From positions 1-64,000 of the forward strand of contig NW_021832226.1 of assembly GCF_006345805.1 (NCBI RefSeq): a DNA stretch of 64,000 nucleotides, in the 5' to 3' direction. Positions 51,221-64,000 of this stretch are shown one piece after another. Positions within the stretch are counted from its first letter, which is position 1, and every line of letters starts with the position of its first letter. Source of the stretch: Octopus sinensis. Its lineage: Eukaryota. Below the pieces are notes generated by a model, which did not search any database, was not told the origin of the DNA, and worked only from the letters and a program-made list of their open reading frames with translations. Both the position numbers and the translations under genes were made by a program.

Positions 51221-51740
51221 ATGGACGAGTTTGAATTACATCCCCTCTCCTGCCTCCGTAGTCCAGGCCATGCGCCTCGCCACAGCAAAGTGAATGACAT
51301 TGTGAGGAGTTCCTTCGAACCTGTCGGTTTGGACAGAGGTGACGGCAAACGCCCTGACGGCTTAACTACATTCCCCTTCGAGCAGGGAAAATCCCTTATA
51401 TGGGATTCTACCTGGTGTGAGACATTCTCCAACGGGAACCTAGGAATGTCGGCCGTCAACCCAGGCTTCGCTTTCAATCGCGCTGAAGATCTCAAAATTC
51501 AGAAGTACGGTCACCTTTCTACTTTTGTTTTCATGCCCATCGCCATTGAGACTTCTGGGGGTTTTGGCCGCAAGTCGCTTTGTTTCCTACGCGGTTTGGG
51601 GAAAAGAATCGCCAAAAGGAGGGACGACCCGAAAGAGTCTTTTTGGCTTCTTCAACGCCTCTTCATTGCCGTAATCCGCGGGAACTGTTTTGCAATCCGC
51701 GAGGCTGGGAGGGCGCCCTAAACTGCGTAGTCTTAAACAA
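51221..51740 (+). mobile_element. CRE-like element 3' fragment
   Basis: HPLSC...RH, DRGDGKRPDG, LIWDST, IAIETSG, IRGN. Confidence 0.85.
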
Positions 51741-51810
51741 TTTTTCTCCTTTTCTGACTGTCTTTTTCAATAAAAGTCAATTAAAAAAAATTCAGAATTT
51801 CCTTCGACCA

Positions 51811-52340
51811 ATAATAATTATTATTTTACCACATTCCGTAGTGACATAAACAGAGAAGAGTTATATTCTTACACGTGCCACACATGACACGTACTTCTGT
51901 ACCAACGATTTCCAGCTTCCGCGGTTTTGGGTCAGTATCCGAAGTTCGTCGAGATCATCACAGGTCTTCAGGGTTTTCTTTAAAAGCCTCAAGTAGTCTT
52001 GCAAAACAACCGGTAGGGTTGTTCTGGGTCGTCCTCGGAATTTTACGTCATCTGATAAGAAGTATTCTTCCATGGTCACGTAGAGAGGTGAAGTTGGATC
52101 CATCCTCAGGATGTGTCCAAATAGCCTCCAGAGACCATTGACGATGTCCCGGCTAATTGGCCCCGAGTTGCTGATCTTGTAAATAGTCGAGTTGCTGATT
52201 TTCTTCGGCCAGTGTAGGCAGTTCAGATAACAAAGCTAGTTTCTGTGAAAAGATATTTTTGTGCCACTTTGCTTTGGATAAGATCCACCTTAAACCTGAA
52301 ATAGCATAGTTGGAGAACACACAACACCTCATTATTATTA
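51811..52340 (-). mobile_element. RTE-clade LINE 3' fragment
   Basis: WRLFGHILRMDP...FRGRPRTTLP, homologous to 56970-57332; (TAA)n-like tail near 51811-51825. Confidence 0.8.
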
Positions 52341-52557
52341 CTTTTAAGGCATCCAAAAAAGAAACTTAAGCTAACTAGTTTAGGTAACCCTGGCTTCCAA
52401 AGTGATAAAATTCTACTTGCACGCTATTCTAACTATCCTTTACTATGGATACCGACGTCTTTATGTGTAGAGGAATTCAATTGGATTAAAAAAATTTTTA
52501 AAAATGAACAAGTTTAACAACAATCGATCAAAAATTGAAAATTATAAAACTAAGAAA

Positions 52558-54060
52558 TTATGAAAAGGTAGTTCTCTTTCCCCTTTCACCACCTCGAAAA
52601 CCACGGCCTCGATCATTGCCACGGAAACTTCCTCCACGGCCTCGATCACCACCACGGAAACTTCCTCCACGTCCTCTATCACCGCCACGGAATCCACGTC
52701 CTTGACCTCCTCTAAAGCCTCCACGAAAACTGTCAGAATCTCCTCTGAAACCCCCTCTGAATCCACCTCGACCACCTCCAGTCGACAACCTCTGACCTAA
52801 AACATCAGAAAAGAATAATATAACTTGTAGCAAAATCAGTAGTAATATACCGACCATCAACCTCAAAAACAGACTCCATGGCCTTTTGGGCACTTTGTCG
52901 GGAAGGAAAGTCCACATAACCAAATCTATAATCAAAAAAGCCAAAAAAACCCCTTGGAATTGCCACTCTCTCTGTCATAGATTACTCTGGCAGAAGATGA
53001 ATTTGGAAAAGCTGCTTGGAGTGACTCCATTGTTGTGTTATAGTCGAGATTTTTGACAAATAAGGTGGCATTCTCCCCTGTTGCCTCCTCCTCTTGTTGT
53101 TGTTCTTCATCCGGTACAATTATCGACAATTTCCTCCCTTTTAATAGACTTCCCACCAAATCAAGGGCATTTGGCAACATTCCTGTTCCCACCATAGCCG
53201 TGGCAGTTCTATATGACCTAATTTCGCCAGATAAACCTTTTCTGCTTTTTAATTCTAGATACATTGACTCCATTGGACTCAAAGAACATTTTGATGTCAC
53301 TCACTGTTACGTCAGAACCCAGGTTCCCTATCATGACAGAGACAGGGGACTCTAAATATATATTTCAAAGTCACTAACCGTTGGGCACATCAGAATTTTC
53401 GTCATCACTTTCCTCTTCTTCACTTTCTTCGTCGTCCTGAAAAATGTTGCCAACTGCTGGAGTCCCCTTTTCTTCGTCAGATTCTTCTTCAAACTCATCG
53501 GTTTCATCCTCATCATTTTCTTGTAGATTTTTCTGAACGTTTCCGACAACATTTTCTTCTTCATCATCAGAATCATCCTCGCTGTCCGACTCTTCAGTTT
53601 TTTGTGGAGCATCCTCGACTTCCATATCAGAACTGTCCTCTTCTTCCTCAGAAGACTCCTCTGGTTTCGCTTGGATTGGGGTTTTGTCAATTTTGTACTG
53701 AGGTTCCTCATCACTTTCAGATTCCTCTGATGAAGAATCCTCTTTTTCTACAACTTGTTCGACCTTGGGTGTTTCTGGGATCAATTTCACTGTCGATGAA
53801 TATTATTTAGTACTTTTTTTGCTGTTTTGATTAGTTAGGGGTGTGGTTTGCTTGTGTTTTTTTAAGTTCGTTTTTATGACTGGCATTTCCTCTATGGGTT
53901 GGTAAAATCGGTCTTAGTACCTTCTGAGGATTCACTTTCCTCGAGGACAACTGGTTCGGGGACTTTTTCTTTCTTTTCTTTAACAATTTGTTGGTCTATT
54001 AATATAATTGATTCATTAAATATTACTTTTAATTTTCTTCGACTTAACAACTTTCACCAT
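52558..54060 (-). CDS. NCL: Nucleolin-like protein (acidic tracts, two RRMs, RGG tail)
   Basis: MVKVVKSKK start, Asp/Glu-rich tracts, LFVKNLDYNTT...SKGF RRM, RGGFRGG repeats; spliced. Confidence 0.85.
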
Positions 54061-54719
54061 CAGAGAACTAACGTGTATAATAACGTGAAATGATAATTTA
54101 ATATCTTTTAGCTTTACCAAATATTCTTGCAAATAAAATATTTTAAATTGTAAATTATTAATAGTAATTGAAGTAAAGAAAAGGCTAGATGCTAACTAGA
54201 GTAGGTAAATGAAAGAGTAAACGAGAGCAAGGACTTTGCATTGCGAATTGAATGGCAGTTTCCACGGAAAACGGCGACCGAGTTTTGCTGAAAGAGCCAG
54301 CTTGTCTCTTTCCGGTTTTTTGTTTTCGAGAAAATTCTCCTACCAATGTCTGTGATGAGTTGAGTCGCGGTTTTGCCGACAATTCCTGAAGATTTGAAGA
54401 CGAAAGTGGCAAATATTTTATATAGACATGTATTAGAAATGAATGATTTGAAAACATTTTATTTTATTGATATTTTTGTGATAAATATTTCCACGCAAAT
54501 GGTTTTTATATTCCAAAATCGTTCAATAAAAAGTGACTAGAATTAATAATTTGTGGCCAAAAATAATATTCCTTGTATTGCTAATATCGATTCTTGGATG
54601 AAGTTCAAAATTTTTTTCAAAATACCAGGTTTTATGACAATAAAATTTTTTCATGTTATTTTTGAGATATTTTGAATTTAATTTTCTAGAAACAGTTTGA
54701 AAAATAAAATGTCACCGGT

Positions 54720-55310
54720 TTTTGCCTGGACCCGGCATCTGCTCGGGGGGCCAATACCGATGTGGTAGTAAAGTCGATACCAAAGGATTACACCCCCTTT
54801 CATGCAGAAAGAGCGTTGGCCGTGCACCCAGACATTCCGCCATCAACGATATCATTTTGGCTGCGTTCAAGCTGCTGGATTCCTCTCCGAACTGGAACCT
54901 GTTGTGCTTGACCGTGTAGACGGAAAACGTCCTGATGAAGTCGCAGTTTTTCCGTGGATTAATGGGAAATGCCTCGCGTGGAACTCCACGTGTATGAACA
55001 CTTTCTCAAGGACGAATTTAGTCAACTCAGTCCAGAGTCTGCCGCTAAAAAAGCTGAAGAACTCAAAAATCTCGAAATACTCTAACTTGAAGGACAACGT
55101 GATCTTTTCCCCAATCTCCGTAAAAACATCCGGAGCCATGACCAACAAATCTCTGAAGCTTGTTGCGAGAATCGGGCAACTAATCTCCAGAAGAGGACGA
55201 GAGCCTCGGGAGAAGCAATCGCTGTTCCAAAGAATCTTCATTGCGATTCTAAGGGGTAACGTCTTCTCGATCATTTGTAGTTTTAAATCAAAACTACCTT
55301 AATCTTATTC
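54720..55310 (+). mobile_element. CRE-like element 3' fragment
   Basis: CGSKVDTKGLHPLSC...RH, DRVDGKRPDE, LAWNST, ILRGN; same subfamily as 1490-2190. Confidence 0.85.
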
Positions 55311-56917
55311 CTAACATAAAATATTAAAGATATAACTCCTTTTCTTGTCATTTAGACCCACTGTGAGTTGTTTGTTTATGCACGGTATTATAGAATTTTG
55401 CCATCTCTGCTGATTTTCGTTCTTCGTCGAATGTGGGATGTGAGATAGAAATATTTTCAAAACCAAACTGTATTCTACAATATTTCATATTCCTTTTTGT
55501 GAAGGCATGAGGTTTCAAGCAAATGTAATTATACCATTACAAACGACCTACCTGTGAAAAATCTCAAAGAAAACCAGATGAATTTTAATCACATGTTTTC
55601 CGTCAATAGCCAATTTTAAAAGTATGCTTACAGCCATGAGTTGAAATTCAAAGGTGAACTTCAAAGATGAAATAGACAAGGGGCTCATAGGGCAGAAGTT
55701 TCGACAAACAGATCTGTTATAAAGGTAAATTGGAATTATTCGATTGATTTAAAAAATTCAAGGAAACCTTATTAAGACCTCAAAAAATTGACATAAAACC
55801 GATGGATTTTCAGAAGATTGACAAAAATGTGCGGAAAATTGTCACTGACAATCAGATTAACATGACACGAGATAACAAGAAAAGACTGTACTTAAAAGTA
55901 ATACACTTATAGGGGAACTTGAATTTGTCGAGTTGAAATCTGAACAAATGTTGACCCAGTTTTTAAATGACGTAAAATAAAAGTCAGTATACTGGCTGTT
56001 AGGCACGATTGTAGAGTGTGTTAGTCAAAAATATAGTATCTAAACTTACTTAGAAATAGCGTTCAGACTCTAATGAAGATGCAAAATAAATTTTTGATAG
56101 AACGCATTAACAAGAAATCAATTCATTCTGTTTTATTCAATTGTCTGAGTGAGCCTGGAGTGTACACATCCAGCCCTGATAATGGTTAAGGCAACCAGAA
56201 TTCCCTTAAAAACTGACTAAACTTTTGGTCCCGATTCACCTCATAGACCATCACTGCCATTTTATTTTCGATATACGGAATCTCTCCATTTCGAATACCG
56301 GCCGTATTTTGTAATCCCAATTTGAATTTTTTGGGCCATAAGCCGGCCTTTTGACATCAATCATTGATCCTATTAGCCGTCTTTAACCTTGAAATGCGAA
56401 CAACGATAGATATATATTGCAAAAACTTGACAAAAAATCAAAAACTACCACAAAATCGATCAAGTTGCGAATTGTCTTTAAAGAAGAAAATTCAAATAAT
56501 AAATCAATCGATACCATCCAAAAATTTATCTCTTAGATGCTATTCGGTGGATTAGCACAGCTTGGATGGACGTGAAATCAAACATCCTACTAATTTGCGT
56601 GGCACTCCAGTAAAAATATATGATATAAATGATAATCTTGAACAAATTTACTGTTCACACCCTTTATGAATAGACTAGTCGATCAAACAGTTTCAGTTTC
56701 TGTAGATAGTGACAGTGACTTGGATTCTGATAAGCAAACAGAGCCAAAACATGGGAAAATGTAAAGTTAATTTATTCGTGCGTGTCTATAGTTTACCAGG
56801 CGAGAGGCTATGGAACAATTAACACGCATAAATCTTCAACAAATGCTATACCAAAACTGCCACTTTTCTTGCACTCAAAAATTTGCATCACTCGATTTTG
56901 TCAATAGACTGATCTAT

Positions 56918-59900
56918 TATTATTATTATTAGCACTTCCCGTAGGAACATAAACAAGGAAAGGAGAGAGTTATATTCCCACACGTGCCACACACGATACA
57001 ATCTTCTTAACCATCGTTTGCCATCCTCTGCGGTTTTGTGCAAGCCATCGCAGTTCGTCCAAGTCCTCGCATTTTTTCAGGGTTTTGCCCACGTGTTTCA
57101 GATCGTGTTCCAGCGCAACCGGCAGTGTTGTGCGTGGACGTCCGCGAAACTTTGGGCTATCCGAGAGAAAGTACTCTTCCATGGCTTGGTAAGCAGGTGA
57201 GGACGGGTCCATTCTCAGGACGTCCGTCCGAAAAGCCTCCAGCGGCCATCTATGATGTCCTGGCTGACTGGCACCGAGTACTGAGTTTGTAGAGCGATGA
57301 GTTGTTAATTTTCTTAGGCCAATGCAGACCATTTAGGACGCGAAGCTGTTTTCTGTGAAACGAGTCAAGATTCTTTAGTTCGGTGTCAGAGATGCCCCAT
57401 GTAGATGAGTTGTACAATAGTACCGGTTTGACAAAAGCGTTGTAGATTCTAGAGCGTAGTGATGGGTTCCCGGGGCAATATCGTAGCCAATCTTTCATGA
57501 CGGATTTTAGAGCAACAGCGGCCAGTAGCTTTCTCCGCATGATGTCTTCTCGGTCTCCAAGCAGAGAGCCAAGCTTCTTCGAAAGTCTCCATTTTTCCAT
57601 AGTTTGGGTATCCGAGCGTGATACATCGACCACGTCAGTCTTGTCCGTTGAGGTGGCGACGTACCTCTCTTGCACAATGTCTAAAACACACACAGTACAA
57701 CCGGACAGGCTATCAATTCTATCCTTTAACGTTCGTGGACTCTGCCAGACCTGGAAACAACAAGCACTCTGTAATGACATGGATAAATATCGTGCGGACA
57801 TCGGCTGTCTACAAGAGACCAAACAAAAATCTGGAATGGACCTAACCTATGGAGATTACCGAATGATCTTGCTACCCTCCGACTGCAGACACTATGGACA
57901 AGGTTTTGTGATTCACAAGAGGCTCGGTGTCAAACGCTGGTGGAGAATTACAGATAGGATTTCAGCAATCCAAGTACAAATCGGCGGTAAAGGCAGGCCC
58001 AATGCAGTCGCAACGGTCATTAACGTATACGCCCCGCACAGTGGCAGAATCGTCAACGCTCCTGAAGAAATCGATGAATTCTATGAGGTACTGACCCGGA
58101 CATACCTATCCTTACAATCGTCTACCCTCCTGCTTGTCGTCGGCGACTGGAACGCCAAGGCTGGCATCCGTCGAGGCACTGAAACTTTTATTGGACGGAA
58201 GAGGGTATAGAAACCTCCCAGGAGCCCTATTGGCTAATTTCTGTAAAACACTCGGGCTATTCCTATGCAACACGGCCTTTGATCACCCTGCTCGGCACAA
58301 GTCTACCTGGACTGGCAGGAGACGTGGTGAAGACGGGAACTTTGTGTGTCGCCAAAGAGACACATGGCTTCTACAAGACTCTTGTTCTTACGGGGGCTTG
58401 GTCGTTGACAGTGACCACAAGATAGTCATCGGCAGATTCAATCTGAAGAAATTATATGTGCTGGATAAAACAAATCGTCAATTCCCTCATAAATCGGACA
58501 GATACCTGACAGAAAAACTGGCTCCCTCACTATCGACTCGAAACCTCTATAAATCATCCATCGATGAATCCCTTAAAAACATGGAAACTGGACTTATGCC
58601 TTCAGCCGCTTGGAAGGCAATGTCAGCCAACATTCACTCGGCGGCAAATAAATATGTTGGAAAGCAGCCAAAAAATACGCACTTTATCGGGCTGTGTCAC
58701 CCGGATGCTCTTGCCTTGTCAGTTGTGCAAAAGGAGCTTAAGCTGAGGACTGAGAACACCAAAGATATGGATACCAAACTCGCACTGAAAGGCCGGCGTG
58801 CTGCCATCCAAAAACAAATAAAGACCCTAAACCTCCAATATGGCCGGGATATCCTGGCTTCCCGTCTTGGAGAACTGGAAGCCCTCAAAGATAATGCACG
58901 CACGTTTATGGCTTTACGGTTGCTTAAGAGGAAGAAAAACTGCCCCAAACTTCGACTCCAAACCAGTAATGGGGTTCAAATATCTGACCCGGGAGAACAG
59001 GTGGGAGTCATTGCGGACTATTTTGAACAACGATTTAACGCTAACACCGAACAAATCTCGCCTTTCTCTGGCCCAGCACGACGACTGAAGAATACAATCT
59101 CCTTGAAGGAAGTTACAAAAGCTGTTAGCAGGCTCAAGAATATTAATGCGGAGCTGCTGGAATACGGGCCCGAATCTCTTCTATGCAACATCACGAACAT
59201 TCTCAACGATATGTTTGCTACAAAGACTCACTCCCACTGGGCTCTGGAGTTCTCATCCCTATTCAAAAGCCGAACAAAACCTCTTGGTCCAGTAGAAAAT
59301 CTCCGCCCAGTCATTTTGCTAAACTCCCTGAGGAAGGTTCTCTCGCTGATGTTCTGGATTGGAGACAAAGTCAATGACTTTCTGTCACCGAGTCACAGCG
59401 GATTCAGAGAAGGACGTTCAACCGCAGATGTTCTTTGGGGCCACCGATGGCGGTGTGCAACCCACCAAAGATACAAAAGTGCCACGAGAATCCTGGGTAT
59501 CGATATGTCAAGAGCTTTTGATTCCATCCATCGCGATCTCCTCATGAGGGTTCTACGGAGTTTCTTAGATGAAGATGCTATCAGAATGATACAGGTCTTA
59601 TTGGCAAAAACGGACCTCACTGTTCGCCTTGGGACAACGTCGTCCAGATCCTTCCCAACAAATGTGGGAACCCCCCAAGGAGACTCTCTCTCGCCTCTGT
59701 TATTTGTGATCTACCTTGAGGCTGCTTTACGAGAGCTGAGAGGTCTATATGACAAGTCAATAACTGAAGTGATTTACGCTGACGACGTCGACTTTGTGTC
59801 CACTGACAAATCCGCCCTACTCAGACTATTGGAGATTGCACCGGACTTGTCGAAGTGGTCGAGTTTTTTTTTAGAAGATAATTAAAAAATTAATTTTTTA

Positions 59901-60555
59901 GTGAAAAATAGATTATTAATTTAACCCTCTATCAATAATTTAAATGGTTATTAAAATTATTTAAAAATTTATTTAACCAATTTTTTAGTCATTTTTAGTA
60001 CGCGGCATCCAAATCCAGACTGTAGAAGGAATTTATGTTTTTACAATTCTGTGCAAAAAACATCCTTATAGTTCTGTATTTGTTTTCGCCACATAAATTC
60101 TGAAAAAATAAATAACTAAAAAAACTGCGAAAATAAGATCCCAGATGATGTCTTACAGCTCCTCTTTGAGGATTCGGTCCCAAGACTAATTCCATCTGAT
60201 GTCCCTTCGGACATATACGGATTTGAAAGGATATCCACATTTTGCAGAAAATGCACTGCATCCTCTTACTTATGGGAGCTGTCGGAATTTGATGTTGATA
60301 AGTCCACAACAGAATTTTCCATGTGACCATAGTGCCAGTTTATATCAATATTAGGTACCATGCTCGCCAAATATTAAAAAATTAGAAAATAAATTAGTAA
60401 AAAATTTAATCATAAGAGTTAATTTATTGATAGAGCGACTTAAATAAAATAATAATATATTCCACCTCAAAAATTATTAGATTTTTAAAAGGCCTAAAAA
60501 AAACTGCGACCACTTCGACAAAGTACCAAACTTGGAGAAGGTTCTTAATCTTAAG
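56918..60555 (-). mobile_element. RTE-clade LINE with large 5' inversion (and nested Merlin)
   Basis: 56918-57652 is the 3' part on the minus strand with a (TAA)n tail; 57653-60555 is APE plus RT on the plus strand (SFNVRGL, LQETK, GDWNA, SDH, GTPQGD, YADD); 11-bp TSD GACTGATCTAT at 56907-56917 and 60556-60566. Confidence 0.9.
59843..60527 (-). mobile_element. Merlin (ISXO2-like) non-autonomous element
   Basis: Inverted copy of 62837-63551; right TIR nearly intact, left TIR degenerate; TSD not recognisable. Confidence 0.8.
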
Positions 60556-62117
60556 GACTGATCTATCTGAACAAAAAAAAAAGCGATTGGTGATGAATCG
60601 AAGCTAGATACAAGGTAATCTCTATTGCAGATTTCTATTAATTTTATTTTTTCAATTATGGTGTATAAGTAAATTTAAGGATTGTTCAATATAACGAGAT
60701 TCTCATCGTAATGTGATGGGTGTAATGAAGATTTGGAGGCTAATGTTGATCGGCACAAGCAATCCCTTCGTTCCTTGCTCCTTCATTTGATTAGTTAGTT
60801 GTGACTGTTTGTGCTGGGTTTGCCATGTTGTGCAAGCTTGGGGGTTATAAATAAATAAATAATATAACGAAATTCCCTCTCTGGAAGCGACCGGCCCACA
60901 CTGTCCACCGTTTAATAGTCGACGGCTTCCTTCATGTCAGGGAGTTCGGAGTTACTAACTAACTGGAATTCACTATATACCGGACAATTCAATCGGTTCC
61001 ATGAGGAATTGTTTTAAACGGGTTTGAGTGTAATTCCAAAAATTTCCTCACACGAAAAAATCATTCAAATTCATGTCGTTTTTCTAAAAAACTAATTCAT
61101 TGCTACTGTTATAAATCTCTCAAAACGTAGAATATTTATCAAACACGGAGTAACAGGATTTATTTTTAAGTAAGTTTTAGCCGATAACAGGAACCGTCCA
61201 AGTGGGATCAAATGGTTTCTTTTGAGACATTTAAGTGAAATTAGAATTTAATTCTGAAACTCTCAAGAGTAATTCCCTGGTTAAGTTCGATCTGTTCAAC
61301 ACAATAATTTCTATGCTGATCAAGAAATTTTTTTGCTTTTGATCCCTCTCGCTGATCAGGTTTATCCTTCTTTTTCAACCAAAGATAAGTAGTAGTTTTC
61401 GGAACATCAAGATATTTGCAAGTTTCTTTTAGCTACTATCTCCCTCATAGGTCCCGACAATAAGATTTTTCTTAATTGCAGCTTTAGACTTTTTTATTTG
61501 TGCAGGTATACAAATGAAAAAATGAAATATTTGGCAAACATGCAAATATATAGATTTTTGCTTAGTCATTTTTGCAATTGATCTCGGCACTTTTGAATGT
61601 TGTTTAGTCACTTTGTTTAAAAGAACAGAAATTATTTTTTGTACGACTTTGCTTTTGGTAAGACCCAATTTAAACCTGAAATTGTATAGAGTCGCTTCAA
61701 TATCAAATAATATTAATTAAATGTCAAAAATATACCCAAGACTTCCTAAAAAGTAAATATGCTATCTTTGAAATTACAAACAATTTGTGAATTTATCAGT
61801 TTTATTAACAATTAATATTTTTCATTTTTTCAACAAACTGAAATTTTTTAATTAGATCTTCAGCTGTAGTGAATTCTTCTTTTATACGGAGATTTTTTGA
61901 ACTTTGTTATCAAATAAAATGCACAAATAATAAAAAATTGTCAAGCACTAATGTAATCTTTTGGCAATAGATTATAGTCTAATTCTGAATTTGATTAGTT
62001 AAGCAATTTATTTTTGAAAAATAAAATAAGGACATTTCCGACTTAACTAATATATGGTAAATTTTAACATTTTAAGAAAATTATATTAAAAAGTCTTAAT
62101 CATCATTTATAAATTCA

Positions 62118-64000
62118 CTAGCTCGGCAGCTCGCTTCGCTCACCGCGACCTAGCTCCTGCGGAGGCCTGTTTCATCAAACAACTATAAGTTTATGTAGAT
62201 GTATAAAACTACCTGGTTTAATGTAACCCTATTCTATCGCCTGTTGATAAACGATGTTTGTCGTCCGTCCTTCCTTGGCATATATGAATAAATTTTCTCT
62301 TCTGCCTACCCTCGAGCATCCCACATACAGCTGTCCATGTGAAAAGCACTCACCTCTAAAAATAACCCAACTACCTTTAATGACTGTCCCTGGCCTTGTT
62401 TATTGTCATTGCAAATTTTTTTTCATTTTTTGTGGTCTATTTTTTTTATATTTAATTTTTTCATTTTTCCTTTGTAATTTCCTTTTTTTTCTTTTTTTAT
62501 TTTTTTGTTTTTTACTGGCGGAAATGGGGCAGGGGGAGATGCGGCAGGCAAGAAAGCGACCACAAAAAAAGATTTAATTATTACCTTATTAAGCTGACCG
62601 GTTTTTCTTCAGCTTCGTTTTTCTCCTTCGGTTATCTATTTAAAAATTATTTTTGAATAATAAAAAAGTTTAGGAAAAGAGGCATACCGAAAATAAATTC
62701 TATCTTTACGAAAAACTCAAGTAAATAGTTATATTTTTACGCAAATTCTTCTGATTGCGCTGTCAATTGGTGGTAAATTGTGTTAATGGTTGTGCTAATG
62801 TGGTTTCAACTATCAAAGTGTTTTTCAAAATCTGTTGGTACTTTTGTCGAAGTGGTCGCAGTTTTTTTAGGCCTTTTAAAAAATCTAATAATTTTTGAGG
62901 TGGAATATATTATATTTTATTTAAGTCGCTCTATCAATAATTTAAAATATAGTAAATTTTTTACTAATTTATTTTCTAATTTTTTTAATATTATGGCGAG
63001 CATGTACCTAATATTGATATAAACTGGCACTATAGGTCACATGGAAAATTCTGTTGTGGACTTATGCAACATCAAATTCCGACAGCTCCCAATAAGTAAG
63101 GAGGATGCAGTGCATTTTCTGCAAAATATATTCAGAAAATTCTTTGTGGATCCCAACGACGGGAGTGCACACCCAGACAGTAGAACGAATGTGGGGAAGT
63201 GCAAAATGCAAGAATAAAGCTCAAAGAGGAGCTGTAAGACATCATCTGGGATCTTATTCGCAGGTTTTTTTAGTTAGTTATTTTTTCAGAATTTATGTGT
63301 GGCGAAAACAAATACAGAACTATAAGGAATCTTTTGCACAGATTGTAAAAGACATAAATTCCTTCTACAGTCCTGGAATTTGGATGCCGCGTACTAAAAT
63401 GCTAAATGGTTAAATAACATTTTAAATAATTTTAATAACCATTTAAATTATTGATAGAGGGTTATAAATTAAATAATCTATTTTTCACTAAAAAAATTAA
63501 TTAATTTTAATTATCTTCTAAAAAAACTGCGACCACTTCGACAAAAGTACCAATCTGTTAATTGCACACTCTATTCAAGGTCGTGCGTCAATTGGTGGTA
63601 AATTGTGTTAATGATTGTGCTAATGTGTTTTCACTATCAAAGTGGTTTTTCAAAATCTGTTAATTGCACACTCTATTCAAAGTCGTGCAATCTGTGATTG
63701 CACATTCTGTCACAAAATGCAGAAAATTTTTTTTTAATTTTTTTGGGGGGAAGGTTTTAAGGACTTCATCATGTAAGTCGAGGACATTGTAGTTGTTCAT
63801 TTTAACCAAAATGCAGAAAATTTTTTTTTTTTTTTTGGGGGGGAAGGTTTTAAGGACTTCATCATGTAAGTCGAGGACATTGTAGTTGTTCATTTTAACC
63901 AAAATGCAGAAAATTTTTTTTTAATTTTTTGGGGGGAAGGTTTTAAGGACTTCATCATGTAAGTCGAGGACATTGTAGTTGTTCATTTTAACCAAAATGC
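62118..64000 (-). mobile_element. Second Helitron copy (runs off the window) with the ~93-bp satellite
   Basis: CTAG plus hairpin at 62118; near-identical to 45679 onward; lacks ~245 bp present at 46570-46815; satellite from ~63712. Confidence 0.88.
62837..63551 (+). mobile_element. Merlin (ISXO2-like) non-autonomous element (715 bp)
   Basis: TIRs GGTACTTTTGTCGAAGTGGTCGCAGTTTTTTT and its reverse complement; 8-bp TSD AATCTGTT at 62829-62836 and 63552-63559; remnant GVHTQTVERMWGSAK...RGAVRHHLGSY. Confidence 0.9.

Noticed and set aside
55330-56900. Degenerate coding-like sequence between the CRE fragment and the RTE (similar stretches at 42900-44150, 47540-48500 and 60850-61450)
   Set aside because: No consistent frame or recognisable motif could be established by eye; probably old TE or pseudogene debris.
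59830-59845. TSD for the first Merlin copy
   Set aside because: Flanks ATTGCACC and AAACTTGG do not match, and the left TIR is itself eroded, so no TSD is claimed.

Overview
AT-rich animal DNA with ultra-short GT-AG introns, mostly 23-30 nt. The intron sizes, an innexin and a mollusc/annelid-like p53 DNA-binding domain point to a reduced lophotrochozoan, most plausibly a dicyemid ('mesozoan'); this identification is inference. Host genes recognised after manual splicing: two near-identical p53-family copies in a ~4.6-4.9 kb duplication (copy A has an in-frame TAA), PPIE, EIPR1/TSSC1, a WDR49-like EF-hand/WD40 gene, a cathepsin L-like protease, a divergent innexin, an LTO1/YAE1-type gene, EHD, nucleolin, an RPL19 pseudogene, tRNA-Gly(TCC) and tRNA-iMet(CAT). 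A large part of the rest is nested mobile DNA: Ginger, three hAT, a Tc1/mariner MITE, two Merlin, two Helitrons with an internal ~93-bp satellite, and non-LTR retrotransposons of CRE-like, R4/NeSL-like, RTE and I/Jockey-group types. Most notable observations: (i) transposase genes of DNA transposons carry host-type 23-27-nt introns (seven in the Ginger integrase); (ii) two unrelated non-L1 LINEs show TSD-bounded 5' inversions of the twin-priming type; (iii) the p53 duplication starts exactly at a hAT terminal repeat. Scattered 1-bp homopolymer indels suggest an imperfectly polished assembly, so single-frameshift pseudogene calls are tentative. All alignments and translations were done by eye; no database searches were run.
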